From Alphaproteobacteria bacterium (GTDB lineage: Bacteria > Pseudomonadota > Alphaproteobacteria > G965222575): a stretch of DNA of 64,000 nucleotides. The stretch lies in contig OZ244958.1 in the NCBI GenBank assembly GCA_965222575.1, positions 1 through 64,000 of the forward strand, in the 5' to 3' direction. Under the pieces are notes generated by a model. That model worked only from the letters and a program-made list of their open reading frames with translations. It searched no databases and was not told the DNA's origin. A program made the translations under genes and the position numbers. Positions 54,079-64,000 of this stretch are shown one piece after another (the first letter of the stretch is position 1; every line of letters begins with the position of its first letter).

Positions 54079-57000
54079 ATGAGAGAGTTCAAGAATATTC
54101 TTTTTGTTATGGCTTTATCTTTGTGTGTTGTAGCACTAGAAGGCTGTGGAGGGTAGCGGCGGTGGTGGTAGTAGCGGTGGCAGTGGTGGTGATACTAGTG
54201 GAACAACAAGTACGGGTACTAGTGGAACAACTACGCCCCCGACCCCACCTACCCCGCCTCCTGTTGACAATAAAATTGATGATACTAAAGCTCCTGTTGA
54301 CGATAAAGCTCCTGTTGACGATAAAGCTCCTGTTGACGATAAAGTTGTTGATGGTGGTGGAATAACAACTACGCCCCCGACCCCACCTACCCCGCCTCCT
54401 GTTGACGATAAAGTTGTTGAGGCTATAAAACTGTTGACGATTGTTGATGACGATAAAACCGTTGATGATACTAAAGCTGTTGATGCTAAAGCTACTGTTG
54501 ACGATAAAATTGATGATGCTAAAGTTGTTGATGAAGGTGTTTTTGACGATAAAACTGTTGTTGACGATAAAATTGAGGCTATAAAACTGTTGACGATTGT
54601 TGTTGACGATAAAATTGATGATACTAAAGCTGTTGTTGACAATAAAGTTGTTGATGCTAAAGCTGTTGATGAAGGTGTTTTTGACGATAAAACTGTTGTT
54701 GACGATAAAATTGAGGCTATAAAACTGTTGACGATTGTTGTTGACGATAAAATTGATGATACTAAAGCTGTTGTTGACAATAAAGTTGTTGATGCTAAAG
54801 CTGTTGATGAAGGTGTTTTTGACGATAAAACTGTTGTTGACGATAAAATTGAGGCTATAAAACTGTTGACGATTGTTGTTGACGATAAAATTGATGATAC
54901 TAAAGCTGTTGTTGACAATAAAGTTGTTGATGCTAAAGCTCCTGTTTTTGACGATAAAACTGTTGTTGTTGAGGCTATAAAACTGTTGACGATTGTTGTT
55001 GACGTTGATGACGATAAAACTGTTGTTGACGATACAATTGATGACGATAAAACCGTTGATGATAATAAAACTGTTGTTGACGATAAAGTTGTTGATGCTA
55101 AAGCTGTTGATGAAGGTGTTTTTGACGATAAAACTGTTGTTGACGATACAATTGATGACGATAAAACCGTTGATGATAATAAAACTGTTGTTGACGATAA
55201 AGTTGTTGATGCTAAAGCTGTTGATGAAGGTGTTTTTGACGATAAAACTGTTGTTGACGATAAAATTGATGCTATAAAACTGTTGACGATTGTTGATGAC
55301 GATAAAATTGATGATGCTAAAGCTGTTGTTGATGGTCGTATTTTTGAAGATAGCAAAATCAGAAATGCCCTCGCTCTTAGCAATCCTGAGAAGAAGACTG
55401 TCAATGATATTTTTCCAATTAAAAAGCACAGCCGTTTAACGGATCAAAGGTTTCTCCTTAGCTTCAAAACAACGGAATACCTGAAAAACGGGTTTCTTTA
55501 TGATTTTCTAGAACTGCGGCAATTCTATGCCCGAGGCATAACAGGAAAGGGCATCACTGTTGGCATATGGGATACAGGCTTCGACCCCAATGTTATGGGA
55601 AAGGATACGCTAAAGGCGAGAACCAAAGGCTTTGGGATAAAATATCTTCTAAGCAATAGCGAAATAGTGGTCTTGTCGATAGAGCCGAGTAAACGCATTC
55701 AACTTGATGATCTTAGACTTAAGACTTATGATTTCCCCCTTACAGACGACTTTGATGACGACTTCCATGGCACACAAATGCTTTCCTTTATTGCTGCCGG
55801 GAAAGAGAACTATGGTATGCATGGCGTAGCCTATGAGGCTTCGGCCTTTGTTATTGCGAACCCCTCAAATAACTTCCCACTCGACAGCATAACAAATGGG
55901 GGGGTAATAGGATACGGCAACAAGTTCATACCGGCGTTGCATCTCTGGGAATCCCAAGGGGTGAAAGTGGTCAATCTTAGTATGAGTTTGGACTTCGATG
56001 GGGCATCTTCGAACACTCAGACAGTGATGACAAACCTGATGGAAGAAAAGGTACCAACAGCATTAGAAAAGCTAGATATTATCCTTGTCATAGCAGCAGG
56101 AAACGACGGATATGACAATCCTGCTTTTCCGGGGCGCGCGGTGACAGAGATGAAGGGGTGGGGATTAGTCATCACAGAAGCCGTTGTGTTAGCAACGGGA
56201 GAGTCTCTCACCTATACAGAAACTTCAGTTCAAAACCGATATAATCTCCTTAAAGAAAAGACCTCTGCCTTAATCACTGACGATAAGCTACCACCCTATA
56301 TACAGGGTAGGAGTACAACAGGCCAGATTCTCTTAAGAATGTATGACACAGGAAACAGCAATCCTTGTGGAAGTGCGAAAAACTTTTGCCTCACTGTTTT
56401 AACCACAGCCCACGGAGCCTTCACCACATCTATGCCTCAATCCTATATTAACGGCAAAGATAAAACAATAGTAGGCTCTTCTTTGGCGACAGCTGTAACA
56501 ACTGGGGTCATAGCGTTGTTACGACAAGCTTATACCAAATTAGAAGGCAATGAGATTGTGCAACTTCTGTTAGAGAGCGCTCATAAAATACAGGGGAAGG
56601 CGGGCATCGGGGAGAAAGCAGTTGAATCGGACACAATATACGGACAAGGGATTTTAAGCCCCTGGAGAGCCCTTCTTGTTCCTTTTGAAGAAGCGGTTGT
56701 AGGGACAACTTCTAGTTCTTATGAGGCCGCTGGGGTTTCTCTTTCTGCAGGAGGAGTGCGTGTAGCCCCCAGTCTTGGTGCCTTACCTCTTTTGAAACCG
56801 CTCAAGGGCAATACTCCCTTACAGATTTTGTTTTTTGATAAGTTCAGAGACCCTAATAGATATTGGGTACAAGACATAAACGATACGTTTCTGTCTTCTG
56901 TTTCAAGAGGGGAAGAGAAGCCTGTGTTGTCTTTCTTTTCTTCTGTTTCCAGCACACTAAAGGCGCAAGTTGGCAAAGGGAGATTGTTGTTGAATAAGGA

Positions 57001-57790
57001 AGAGGGGAAGATGGCTTATGAAGGGGTGTTAGGAGAGATACCTTATCGTGTAGGGATTGGAGGAGAATTTGTAGAGGAAGAGGATAGAGTATTAGCCTTA
57101 GCGTCTCACGGAGACCTTTTGGAGGAGAAGCGGTCTTTTTCATTAGGGTCTGATTTTTCCTTAGGGTTTGCTCAAGGAGAAAGAGAGGGGTATCGTGTGT
57201 ATAGTGGATATCGTAAGACCTTTGGGAGTGGTTTTTTGTATGCGGAAGCTGGTATTGTGAGAGAAGGGGAAGCCTTTTTAGGAGGGAGGGGGACAGCCTT
57301 TATGGAGTTTTCTAATGGAGGGAGGACTTGGTATGGGAGGATACAGGGGCGAATGCGTGTTGGGGGATTTGAGATGAATGTTGCGGCTTATATGGGGCGT
57401 AGTTTTTCTGGAGGGGAGGGTTCTCAGAGCAGTTGGTTAAGGCTTAAAGAAGGGAGAAGCCAAAGTGGGGGCATCAGTGTTAAAAGGAGTTTATCTAGGA
57501 AGAGAAGTATAGAGCTTGGGGCGCTTTTCCCTCTTAAAAGCTCTTATGTGGGAGAGATGTCTCAATTGGAGGTCTTAAAAGGCGACCTATTAGGGACTTT
57601 GCGTTGGTCACAACATGATGTAAGACTATCCTCAGAAGGAAGAGAAAAGCTTTTTTATGGCTCTTATACGCAAGTCGTGAAGACAGGAGGGAAGATACAC
57701 CTATCCTTCGGAGTGAGACTACAAAGAAACCATGTCCCTAATAGGGTACCGGAAAGCTTTTACCTCCTACAATATCGGCGTGCTTTCTAA
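54079..57790 (+). pseudogene. S8 serine peptidase copy 6 (subfamily A), +1 frameshift right after the lipobox
   Basis: ATG 54079 MREFKNILFV...EGC; GGAGGGTAG versus GGAGGTAG in sibling copies gives a TAG stop at 54154; the remainder (54146-57790) is open with WDTG, HGTQM, AAGND, GSSLAT. Confidence 0.85.
54230..55335 (+). repeat. low-complexity VDDK repeat region with 138-bp (x~3) and 114-bp (x2) higher-order units
   Basis: GTTGACGATAAA-type motifs; units at 54533/54671/54809 and 55013/55127. Confidence 0.95.
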
Positions 57791-57807
57791 TACCAGGTAG
57801 TACAAAA

Positions 57808-60465
57808 ATGAGAGAGTTCAAGAATATTCTTTTTGTTATGGCTTTATCTTTGTGTGTTGTAGCACTAGAAGGCTGTGGAGGTAGCGGCGGCGGTGGTGGT
57901 AGTAGCGGTGGCGGTGGAACAAACACGCCTGTTGTTGACAACTATGCGTTAGCTCTTAAGGCTTCTTCCTCTTTTGAGGAGAAGAATCCTTGGCCTACTG
58001 TCAATAAAGTTTTTCCACTTAAAAACCCCGAAGACTCTACAGATTCTGATGAAGCGTTTCTCAAGAGCTTCAAAACAGAGGAATACCAGAAAAACGGCTT
58101 CCTTTATGATTTTCTAGAACTGCCGGAATTCTATGCCCGAGGCATAACAGGAGAGGGCATCACTGTTGGCATATGGGATTCAGGCTTCGACCCCAATGTT
58201 ATGGGAAAGGATACGCTAAAGGCGAGAATCAAAGGAGTTAAGCTAGAAAATCTAACACCTGATAAGCAAATAATGACGTCGCTACCCTATCCACATCTCG
58301 TTCCATTTGACCATTATAGACTTCCTAATTACGAGTTCCCCCTTACAGAAGACTTTGATGACGACATCTCCCATGGCACAACAATGCTTTCCTTTATTGC
58401 TGCCGGGAAAGAGGGGGATGGTATACATGGCGTAGCCTATGAGGCTTCGGCCTTTGTTATTGCTGCAGACACTTTCTCCACGGACATAATTACACCAGAG
58501 GAAGCGGTAGTAGAAGGCGACAAGTTCATACCGGCGCTTCATCTCTGGAAATCCCGAGGGGTGAAAGTGGTCAATTTTAGTATGGGTTTTCGGTTAGAGA
58601 TGTTAGAGGAGGCAGCGAATAAGGAGATAGAACAACTGAAATCATTGCCAGGGATGACACAAGAGGCTTTGGAAGCATACCTCAAGAAGCTGGTGCCTTT
58701 TATTAAGGAAAGGGTAAAAAATCTGATGACAGAAAAGGTACCAGAAGCATTAGAAGCTCTAGATATTATCCTTGTCATATCAGCAGGAAACGACGGATAT
58801 AACGAAAACCCTGACAAAAACTACGAAAATCCTGCTTTTCCGGGGCGCGCGGTGACAGAGATGAACGGGTGGGGATTAGTCATCACAGAAGCCGTTGTGT
58901 TACACAAGGAAATGTCTTTTACCTTTTCAGATCCTTCAGATCAAAAACAATATGAGATCCTTAAAGAAAAGACCTCTGCCGAAATCACTGACGATAAGCT
59001 ACAATCTTATACACAGGATAAAACAGGCCAGATTCTCTTAAAAATGTATGAGACAGGAAACAGCAATCCCTGTGGAAGTGCTAAAGACTTTTGCCTCACT
59101 GTTTTAACCACAGCCCTCTTCCCCACCTACCTAAATGAGCCTAAAGTACATCTTAAAGACAAAGATGAAACAATAGAAGGCTCTTCTATGGCGACAGCTA
59201 TAACAACTGGGGTCATAGCGTTGTTACAACAAGCTTATTCCACATTAAAAGGCAATGAGATTGTGCAGCTTCTGTTAAAGAGCGCTCATAAAATACCGGG
59301 GAAGGAAGAGATATACGGACAAGGGATTTTAAGCCCCCGGAGAGCCCTTCTTCTTCCTTTTGAAGCAGCGGTTCCCGCGCACACTGCTAGTTCTTATGAG
59401 GCTACTGGGTTTTCTCTTGATGCAGGAGGAGTGCGTGTAGCCCCCAGTCTTGGTGCCTTACCTCTTTTGAAACCGCTCAAGGGCAATACTCCCTTACAGA
59501 TTTTGTTTTTTGATAAGTTCAGAGACCCTAATAGATATTGGGTACAAGACATAAACGATACATTTCTGTCTTCTGTTTCAAGAGGGGAAGAGAAGCCTGT
59601 GTTGTCTTTCTTTTCTTCTGTTTCCAGCACACTAAAGGCACAAGTTGGCAAAGGGAGATTGTTGTTGAATAAGGAAGAGAGGAAGATGGCTTATGAAGGG
59701 GTATTAGGAGAGGTGCCTTATCGTGTAGGGATTGGAGGAGAAGTACTAGAGGAAGAAGATAGAGTATTAGCCTTAGCGTCTCACGGAGACCTTTTGGAGG
59801 AGAAGCGGTCTTTTTCATTAGGGTCTGGTTTTTCCTTAGGGTTTGCTCAAGGAGAAAAAGAGGGGTATCGTGTCTATAGTGGATATCGTAAGACATTTGG
59901 GAGCGGTTTTTTGTATGCGGAAGCTGGCATTGTGAGAGAAGGGGAAGCCTTTTTAGGAGGGAGAGGTACAGCTTTTATGGAGTTTTCTAATGGAGGGAGG
60001 ACTTGGTATGGGAGGATACAGGGGCGAATGCGTGTTGGGGGATTTGAGATGAATGTTGCGGCTTATATGGGGCGTAGTTTTTCTGGAGGGGAGGGGTCTA
60101 GGAGCAGTTGGTTAAGGCTTAAAGAAGGGAGAAGCCAAAGTGGGGGCATCAGTATTAAAAGGGGGTTATCAAGAAAGAGAAGTATAGAGCTTGGGGCGCT
60201 TTTCCCTCTTAAAAGCTCTTATGTGGGAGAGATGTCTCAATTGGAGGTCTTAAAAGGCGACCTATTAGGGACTTTGCGTTGGTCACAACATGATGTAAGA
60301 TTGTCCTCAGAAGGAAGAGAAAAGCTTTTTTATGGCTCTTATACGCAAGTCGTGAAGACAGGAGGGAAGATACACCTATCCTTCGGAGTGAGACTAGAAA
60401 GAAACCATGTCCCTAATAGGGTACCGGAAAGCTTTTACCTCCTACAATATCGGCACACTTTCTAA
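57808..60465 (+). CDS. S8 serine peptidase lipoprotein, copy 7 (subfamily A)
   Basis: LEGC; WDSG, HGTTM, SAGND, GSSMAT; shared C-terminal module. Confidence 0.9.
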   Translation: MREFKNILFVMALSLCVVALEGCGGSGGGGGSSGGGGTNTPVVDNYALALKASSSFEEKNPWPTVNKVFPLKNPEDSTDSDEAFLKSFKTEEYQKNGFLYDFLELPEFYARGITGEGITVGIWDSGFDPNVMGKDTLKARIKGVKLENLTPDKQIMTSLPYPHLVPFDHYRLPNYEFPLTEDFDDDISHGTTMLSFIAAGKEGDGIHGVAYEASAFVIAADTFSTDIITPEEAVVEGDKFIPALHLWKSRGVKVVNFSMGFRLEMLEEAANKEIEQLKSLPGMTQEALEAYLKKLVPFIKERVKNLMTEKVPEALEALDIILVISAGNDGYNENPDKNYENPAFPGRAVTEMNGWGLVITEAVVLHKEMSFTFSDPSDQKQYEILKEKTSAEITDDKLQSYTQDKTGQILLKMYETGNSNPCGSAKDFCLTVLTTALFPTYLNEPKVHLKDKDETIEGSSMATAITTGVIALLQQAYSTLKGNEIVQLLLKSAHKIPGKEEIYGQGILSPRRALLLPFEAAVPAHTASSYEATGFSLDAGGVRVAPSLGALPLLKPLKGNTPLQILFFDKFRDPNRYWVQDINDTFLSSVSRGEEKPVLSFFSSVSSTLKAQVGKGRLLLNKEERKMAYEGVLGEVPYRVGIGGEVLEEEDRVLALASHGDLLEEKRSFSLGSGFSLGFAQGEKEGYRVYSGYRKTFGSGFLYAEAGIVREGEAFLGGRGTAFMEFSNGGRTWYGRIQGRMRVGGFEMNVAAYMGRSFSGGEGSRSSWLRLKEGRSQSGGISIKRGLSRKRSIELGALFPLKSSYVGEMSQLEVLKGDLLGTLRWSQHDVRLSSEGREKLFYGSYTQVVKTGGKIHLSFGVRLERNHVPNRVPESFYLLQYRHTF

Positions 60466-60474
60466 TACCAGAAG

Positions 60475-61908
60475 ATGACAGCGCTAAAGCCTATCCTTTT
60501 TGTTATAGCTTTATCTTTGTGTGTTGTTCCCCATAGCAACTATGCGCGCGCTCTTAGGGGTGATAAGGTGAATGATGTTTTTCCACTTCAAAAAGAAGGC
60601 TATGCAGGTTCTGATGAAGCGTTTCTCAAGAGCTTCAAAACAGAGGAATACCAGAAAAACGGCTTCCTTTATGATTTTCTAGAACTGCCGCAATTCTATG
60701 CCCGAGGCATAACAGGAGAGGGCATCACTGTTGGCATATGGGATTCAGGCTTCAACCCCGATGTTATGGGAGAGGATACGCTAAAGGAGAGAACCAAAGG
60801 CATTAAGCTAGAACACATAAAGACGGATAACTCTATAGAGATACCCCCCTACACCCTGAGATTAGATGATAGTAGACTTGCTCATCAAGATTTCCTCCTT
60901 ACAGAAGACATTGATATCCCCCTCTCTCTTTCTCACTCCGGTTATCATGGCACAAAGATGCTTTCCTTTATTGCTGCCGGGAAAGAGGGCTATGGTATAC
61001 AGGGTGTAGCGTATCAGGCTTCGGCCTTTGTTATTGCTGAACAAACCAATTCATTCCCCTACAAAAAGCTCATACCGGCGCTTCACCTCTGGAAATCCCA
61101 AGGGGTGAAAGTGGTCAATTTTAGTCTGACTTTGCAGTTAGAACGTGTCTCTCCAAAGATGCATTACCGCTTGTCTCACCTAACAAGAACAGAACTCCCA
61201 AAAGCATTAGAAGCTCTAGATATTATCCTTGTCCTGGCAGCAGGAAACGAAGGATATAACAAACACTACTCAAATCCTGCTTTTCCGGGAAATGTGGATA
61301 TGAAGGGGTGGGGATTAGTCATCACAGAAGCCGTTGTGTTACCAACGGGAGAGGATTTGAGAGTTAAAGATAAAAAACGATATGAGATCATTAAAGACAA
61401 GACCTCTACCTCAATCACTGACCATAAGCTACAATCCTATATACAGGATAAAACAGGCCAGATTCTCTTAAGAATGTATGACTTAGGAAACAGCAATCCC
61501 TGTGGAAGCGCGAAAGACTTTTGCCTCACTGTTTTAACCACAGCCACCTCTCCTAGCGGCTCAACATATATGCCTCAAGCCTATCTTAACGGCAAAGATA
61601 AACCAGAAGGGGGCTCTTCTATGGCAACAGCCATAGCAACTGGGGTCATCGCTTTGTTACAACAAGCTTATCCCACATTAAACGGCAAGGAAATTGTGCA
61701 GCTTCTGTTAGAGAGCGCTCATAAAATCCCGGGGAAGGAACATATATACGGACAAGGGATTTTAAGCCCATGGAGAGCCCTTCTTCTTGCTCTTGAAAAA
61801 AAGACACCACGCACCACTCTCTCTTACCCCACTTTCGTCCCTCTTTATGCAGGAGACCAGACTATAGGAAAATCTTCACTATTCCGCCCGAAAAAAAACA
61901 AACATTAA
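60475..61908 (+). CDS. S8 serine peptidase copy 8 (subfamily A), lacking lipobox, Gly linker and C-terminal module
   Basis: WDSG, HGTKM, AAGNE, GSSMAT; signal ends SLCVV|PHSNY; similarity to siblings stops after GILSPWRALLL. Confidence 0.85.
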   Translation: MTALKPILFVIALSLCVVPHSNYARALRGDKVNDVFPLQKEGYAGSDEAFLKSFKTEEYQKNGFLYDFLELPQFYARGITGEGITVGIWDSGFNPDVMGEDTLKERTKGIKLEHIKTDNSIEIPPYTLRLDDSRLAHQDFLLTEDIDIPLSLSHSGYHGTKMLSFIAAGKEGYGIQGVAYQASAFVIAEQTNSFPYKKLIPALHLWKSQGVKVVNFSLTLQLERVSPKMHYRLSHLTRTELPKALEALDIILVLAAGNEGYNKHYSNPAFPGNVDMKGWGLVITEAVVLPTGEDLRVKDKKRYEIIKDKTSTSITDHKLQSYIQDKTGQILLRMYDLGNSNPCGSAKDFCLTVLTTATSPSGSTYMPQAYLNGKDKPEGGSSMATAIATGVIALLQQAYPTLNGKEIVQLLLESAHKIPGKEHIYGQGILSPWRALLLALEKKTPRTTLSYPTFVPLYAGDQTIGKSSLFRPKKNKH

Positions 61909-61954
61909 GGAGTGTGTTATAACATGCTGTCATGTTAACAATACACACCCGCTC

Positions 61955-62932
61955 ATGAAACTCCCCTTCCTAAGACCTACTCCTCCTACTACTGCCCTTA
62001 CCCCACAAATAGCGCACCCTAAAACAACTGCTCCTAAAAAGGGAACTCATCATATCACCCCCTCCACACAACCCTCAGCAGAACCAACCCTCAATAATCC
62101 CCTCTTAGAATATGAAAAACGCCTAAAGGAATTAGACAAACATATAAGCATTCTAGAGAGTCATCTAGACAACCCAACAGAAGAGATAAAAGCCCATAAC
62201 CTCAGTGCTATCGAAGAAAGACTAGCGCAACTCTCCGAGCTTAAACACACAAAAGCAAAAGAGTTTGGATACACAGCAACAGACTTAAATAGCATCAATA
62301 AAATGGTACAAGGTTTTGGGTTTAAGATAGAGCTTTTATTAGACCGTAACTACAAGCCGCAAAACCTTCTGGAGGTACAAAAGACCCTAGAGGCTACCAT
62401 TGAAAAGCTAGGGGGAGAAAAGACCATGACACAACAACACGCTACTAACCAAGTCAACGAAACATTTCAAGCCCTTAATCTTCTAAAAACCCAAAACAAG
62501 AAAACACCCCACACCCCTCGTGCTAGTGTTCTAAAAAAACGATTGAAAACCTGCAATCATTTCCCCTTGCGCCATTTCTTCCCCGTTACAAAATGGCAAA
62601 AAGAACTCACAAAACTTAATGACTTGTCAAAAAGGCTACCGGAAGCGAAACAGACCTTTCAAAACGCTCTACAATTACTGGACTCTTTAGAAGCATACGA
62701 GAACCTGCAACAAAAACTAAAAACTACTGAAACAGCAACACCAGACGATATCCCCGCATTGGAAAAAGAACGGGAGAAAGCAACACAAATGTTGGAACTT
62801 CTTAATGAAGAAAAGGGACTAGAGGAGTTAAAAAAAGCCCTAGAACAAAAACAACACCTGTCTCAACAGCTGAAAGACCTCATAGAAACGAGCGCAACTC
62901 CTACACACATGGCAGAGCCAACCATAGAATAA
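61955..62932 (+). CDS. hypothetical coiled-coil protein
   Basis: 325-aa ORF, P/T-rich N-terminus followed by E/K/L heptad-like helices; no family recognised. Confidence 0.7.
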   Translation: MKLPFLRPTPPTTALTPQIAHPKTTAPKKGTHHITPSTQPSAEPTLNNPLLEYEKRLKELDKHISILESHLDNPTEEIKAHNLSAIEERLAQLSELKHTKAKEFGYTATDLNSINKMVQGFGFKIELLLDRNYKPQNLLEVQKTLEATIEKLGGEKTMTQQHATNQVNETFQALNLLKTQNKKTPHTPRASVLKKRLKTCNHFPLRHFFPVTKWQKELTKLNDLSKRLPEAKQTFQNALQLLDSLEAYENLQQKLKTTETATPDDIPALEKEREKATQMLELLNEEKGLEELKKALEQKQHLSQQLKDLIETSATPTHMAEPTIE

Positions 62933-62951
62933 CGGTAACCCTCCCTCTCTC

Positions 62952-64000
62952 TCACCCCCCCCCTCCGTCTGACTTCCCTTGGGAATCTCTCACCCCACAA
63001 TACAGCCTGCCAAAATCATCACTTTTCATCAAACACCCCGAATAAGTCCACAGAAGATACCCTAAAACCAATTTTTTCGGGAAAATCCTCTTCAAAAGCG
63101 ATTCATACACCTTCATCTGATGTAAAATCTCCAAAGATACCTGCTCCAACCCTAGCGGCACTTTAACAGAAGTCTTATACTCAACAAAAATTACCTCCTT
63201 CTCCATGACCATAAGCTGGTCAAGACGCCCAACTTGCTCCTCCTCCTCTACCCCCACCCCCTTCCCTATCAGCGGTACCTCAAACAAAGAAGGAGAACAA
63301 AACAAAATCTCTGACTCAGGATTAGACATTATCTTCTCAATATCTTCCTGCATACGCTCAATCATCTCCTCGCACTCAACATCCTTATACAGTCGTTTCC
63401 GAAAAGGCGCCCCCTTCCCCGCTTGTATGAAGCACTGCAACACCTTATGAAAATCCCTGCCATAAATAGCCGCTTCCTGTATTTCCCTACCTTCTCCTCC
63501 TCCTCCTCCTCCTTGCCGCAAAGAAACAGAAGCCCTCACACGACGATGTGACCCTCTCTCCTCATAGGGCTTCTCAATCCATGTAGGCAAAGACAAGGTC
63601 TCTTCTTGAGCAGCCTTCTCTTTTGTTGCCCCCCCCTTAAGAGACTCCCCAAAAAGACCCCACTGCTCTTGCTTTTGAAGCCTCTTATCAAGGACCCGAA
63701 ACGCCTTGTGCAGTATCTCCCCTAATACACAATTCTCCTCAGGAAGAGCTATGTATAGATGCTCCTGAGCACGCGTTAACGCGACATAAAAAAGACGCAA
63801 TAACTCCTCACGCTCAAAATCCTTTATGGCTCTCCCATAGTCCTCCATAAACAGTAAAGACTCTCCTTTAGACGGTAAATACAAAGGCGAAACCCATAGA
63901 GAAGAAAATTGCTCCTGTAAAAGGCACTGTTGCTTCACGGGCTTGTGAGGATTAAAGGCAAGGTCAGGCAAAAACACCACAGGCGATTCTAAACCCTTAG
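62952..64000 (-). CDS. addA: AddA-type UvrD helicase/nuclease, C-terminal part (runs off window)
   Basis: KGLESPVVFLPD (read at the window edge), RLFYVALTRA, G..FH..LQ, GRLD...VEYKT, QM..Y nuclease motifs. Confidence 0.85.
   Translation of the reverse strand, partial: KGLESPVVFLPDLAFNPHKPVKQQCLLQEQFSSLWVSPLYLPSKGESLLFMEDYGRAIKDFEREELLRLFYVALTRAQEHLYIALPEENCVLGEILHKAFRVLDKRLQKQEQWGLFGESLKGGATKEKAAQEETLSLPTWIEKPYEERGSHRRVRASVSLRQGGGGGGEGREIQEAAIYGRDFHKVLQCFIQAGKGAPFRKRLYKDVECEEMIERMQEDIEKIMSNPESEILFCSPSLFEVPLIGKGVGVEEEEQVGRLDQLMVMEKEVIFVEYKTSVKVPLGLEQVSLEILHQMKVYESLLKRIFPKKLVLGYLLWTYSGCLMKSDDFGRLYCGVRDSQGKSDGGGG

Larger units (their letters stand above)
41741..60465 (+). repeat. seven dispersed near-identical 1078-bp direct repeats (C-terminal module)
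   Basis: Start at 41741, 44368, 47229, 50111, 52984, 56713 and 59388; each ends at its stop codon exactly 1077 bp later. Confidence 0.97.

Noticed and set aside
54107-55429. Two long minus-strand ORFs (440 and 422 aa) and a plus-strand 94-aa ORF
   Set aside because: Shadow frames of the VDDK low-complexity repeat, which lacks stop codons in several frames
41747-59896. Recurring 85-122 aa minus-strand ORFs in every protease copy
   Set aside because: They recur only because the 1078-bp module is repeated; no independent coding signal
40035-61908. Possible diversity-generating retroelement or invertase shufflon behind the protease variation
   Set aside because: No reverse transcriptase, recombinase or inverted cassettes in the window, and differences between copies are not evidently adenine-specific

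Overview
Chromosomal window from an alphaproteobacterium, probably host-associated. The + strand is extremely C-rich over most of the window, which suggests it is the lagging strand. 1-26.6 kb is mostly housekeeping: mrdA (partial)-mreD-mreC, aspS, an MCP, nuoA-K, yggS, rnd-lptC-lptA-lptB, infC, a polysaccharide deacetylase, a glucosaminidase, nfuA, a broken aspartokinase, ubiG, an orphan coiled-coil repeat protein and a HlyC/CorC protein. Next to tRNA-Phe lies a complete type I-C CRISPR-Cas locus (cas3-5-8c[cas11]-7-4-1-2). Its array has about 30 repeats, unusually variable spacer lengths and a scrambled trailer end. Upstream of cas3 are a candidate small RNA and an interrupted Doc toxin with a mini-antitoxin, followed by a cobalamin riboswitch and a btuB-like gene. 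The most striking feature is a 22-kb tandem array of eight subtilisin-like (S8) genes. Seven carry a lipoprotein signal and an almost identical, indel-free 1078-bp C-terminal outer-membrane-type module, while the protease domains diverge into three subfamilies. The array includes one copy lacking catalytic residues, one frameshifted repeat-expanded copy and one barrel-less copy, so it resembles a recombining surface-protease cassette system. The window ends in an orphan coiled-coil gene and the 3' part of addA. All calls come from reading the sequence and motifs; no database searches were run.
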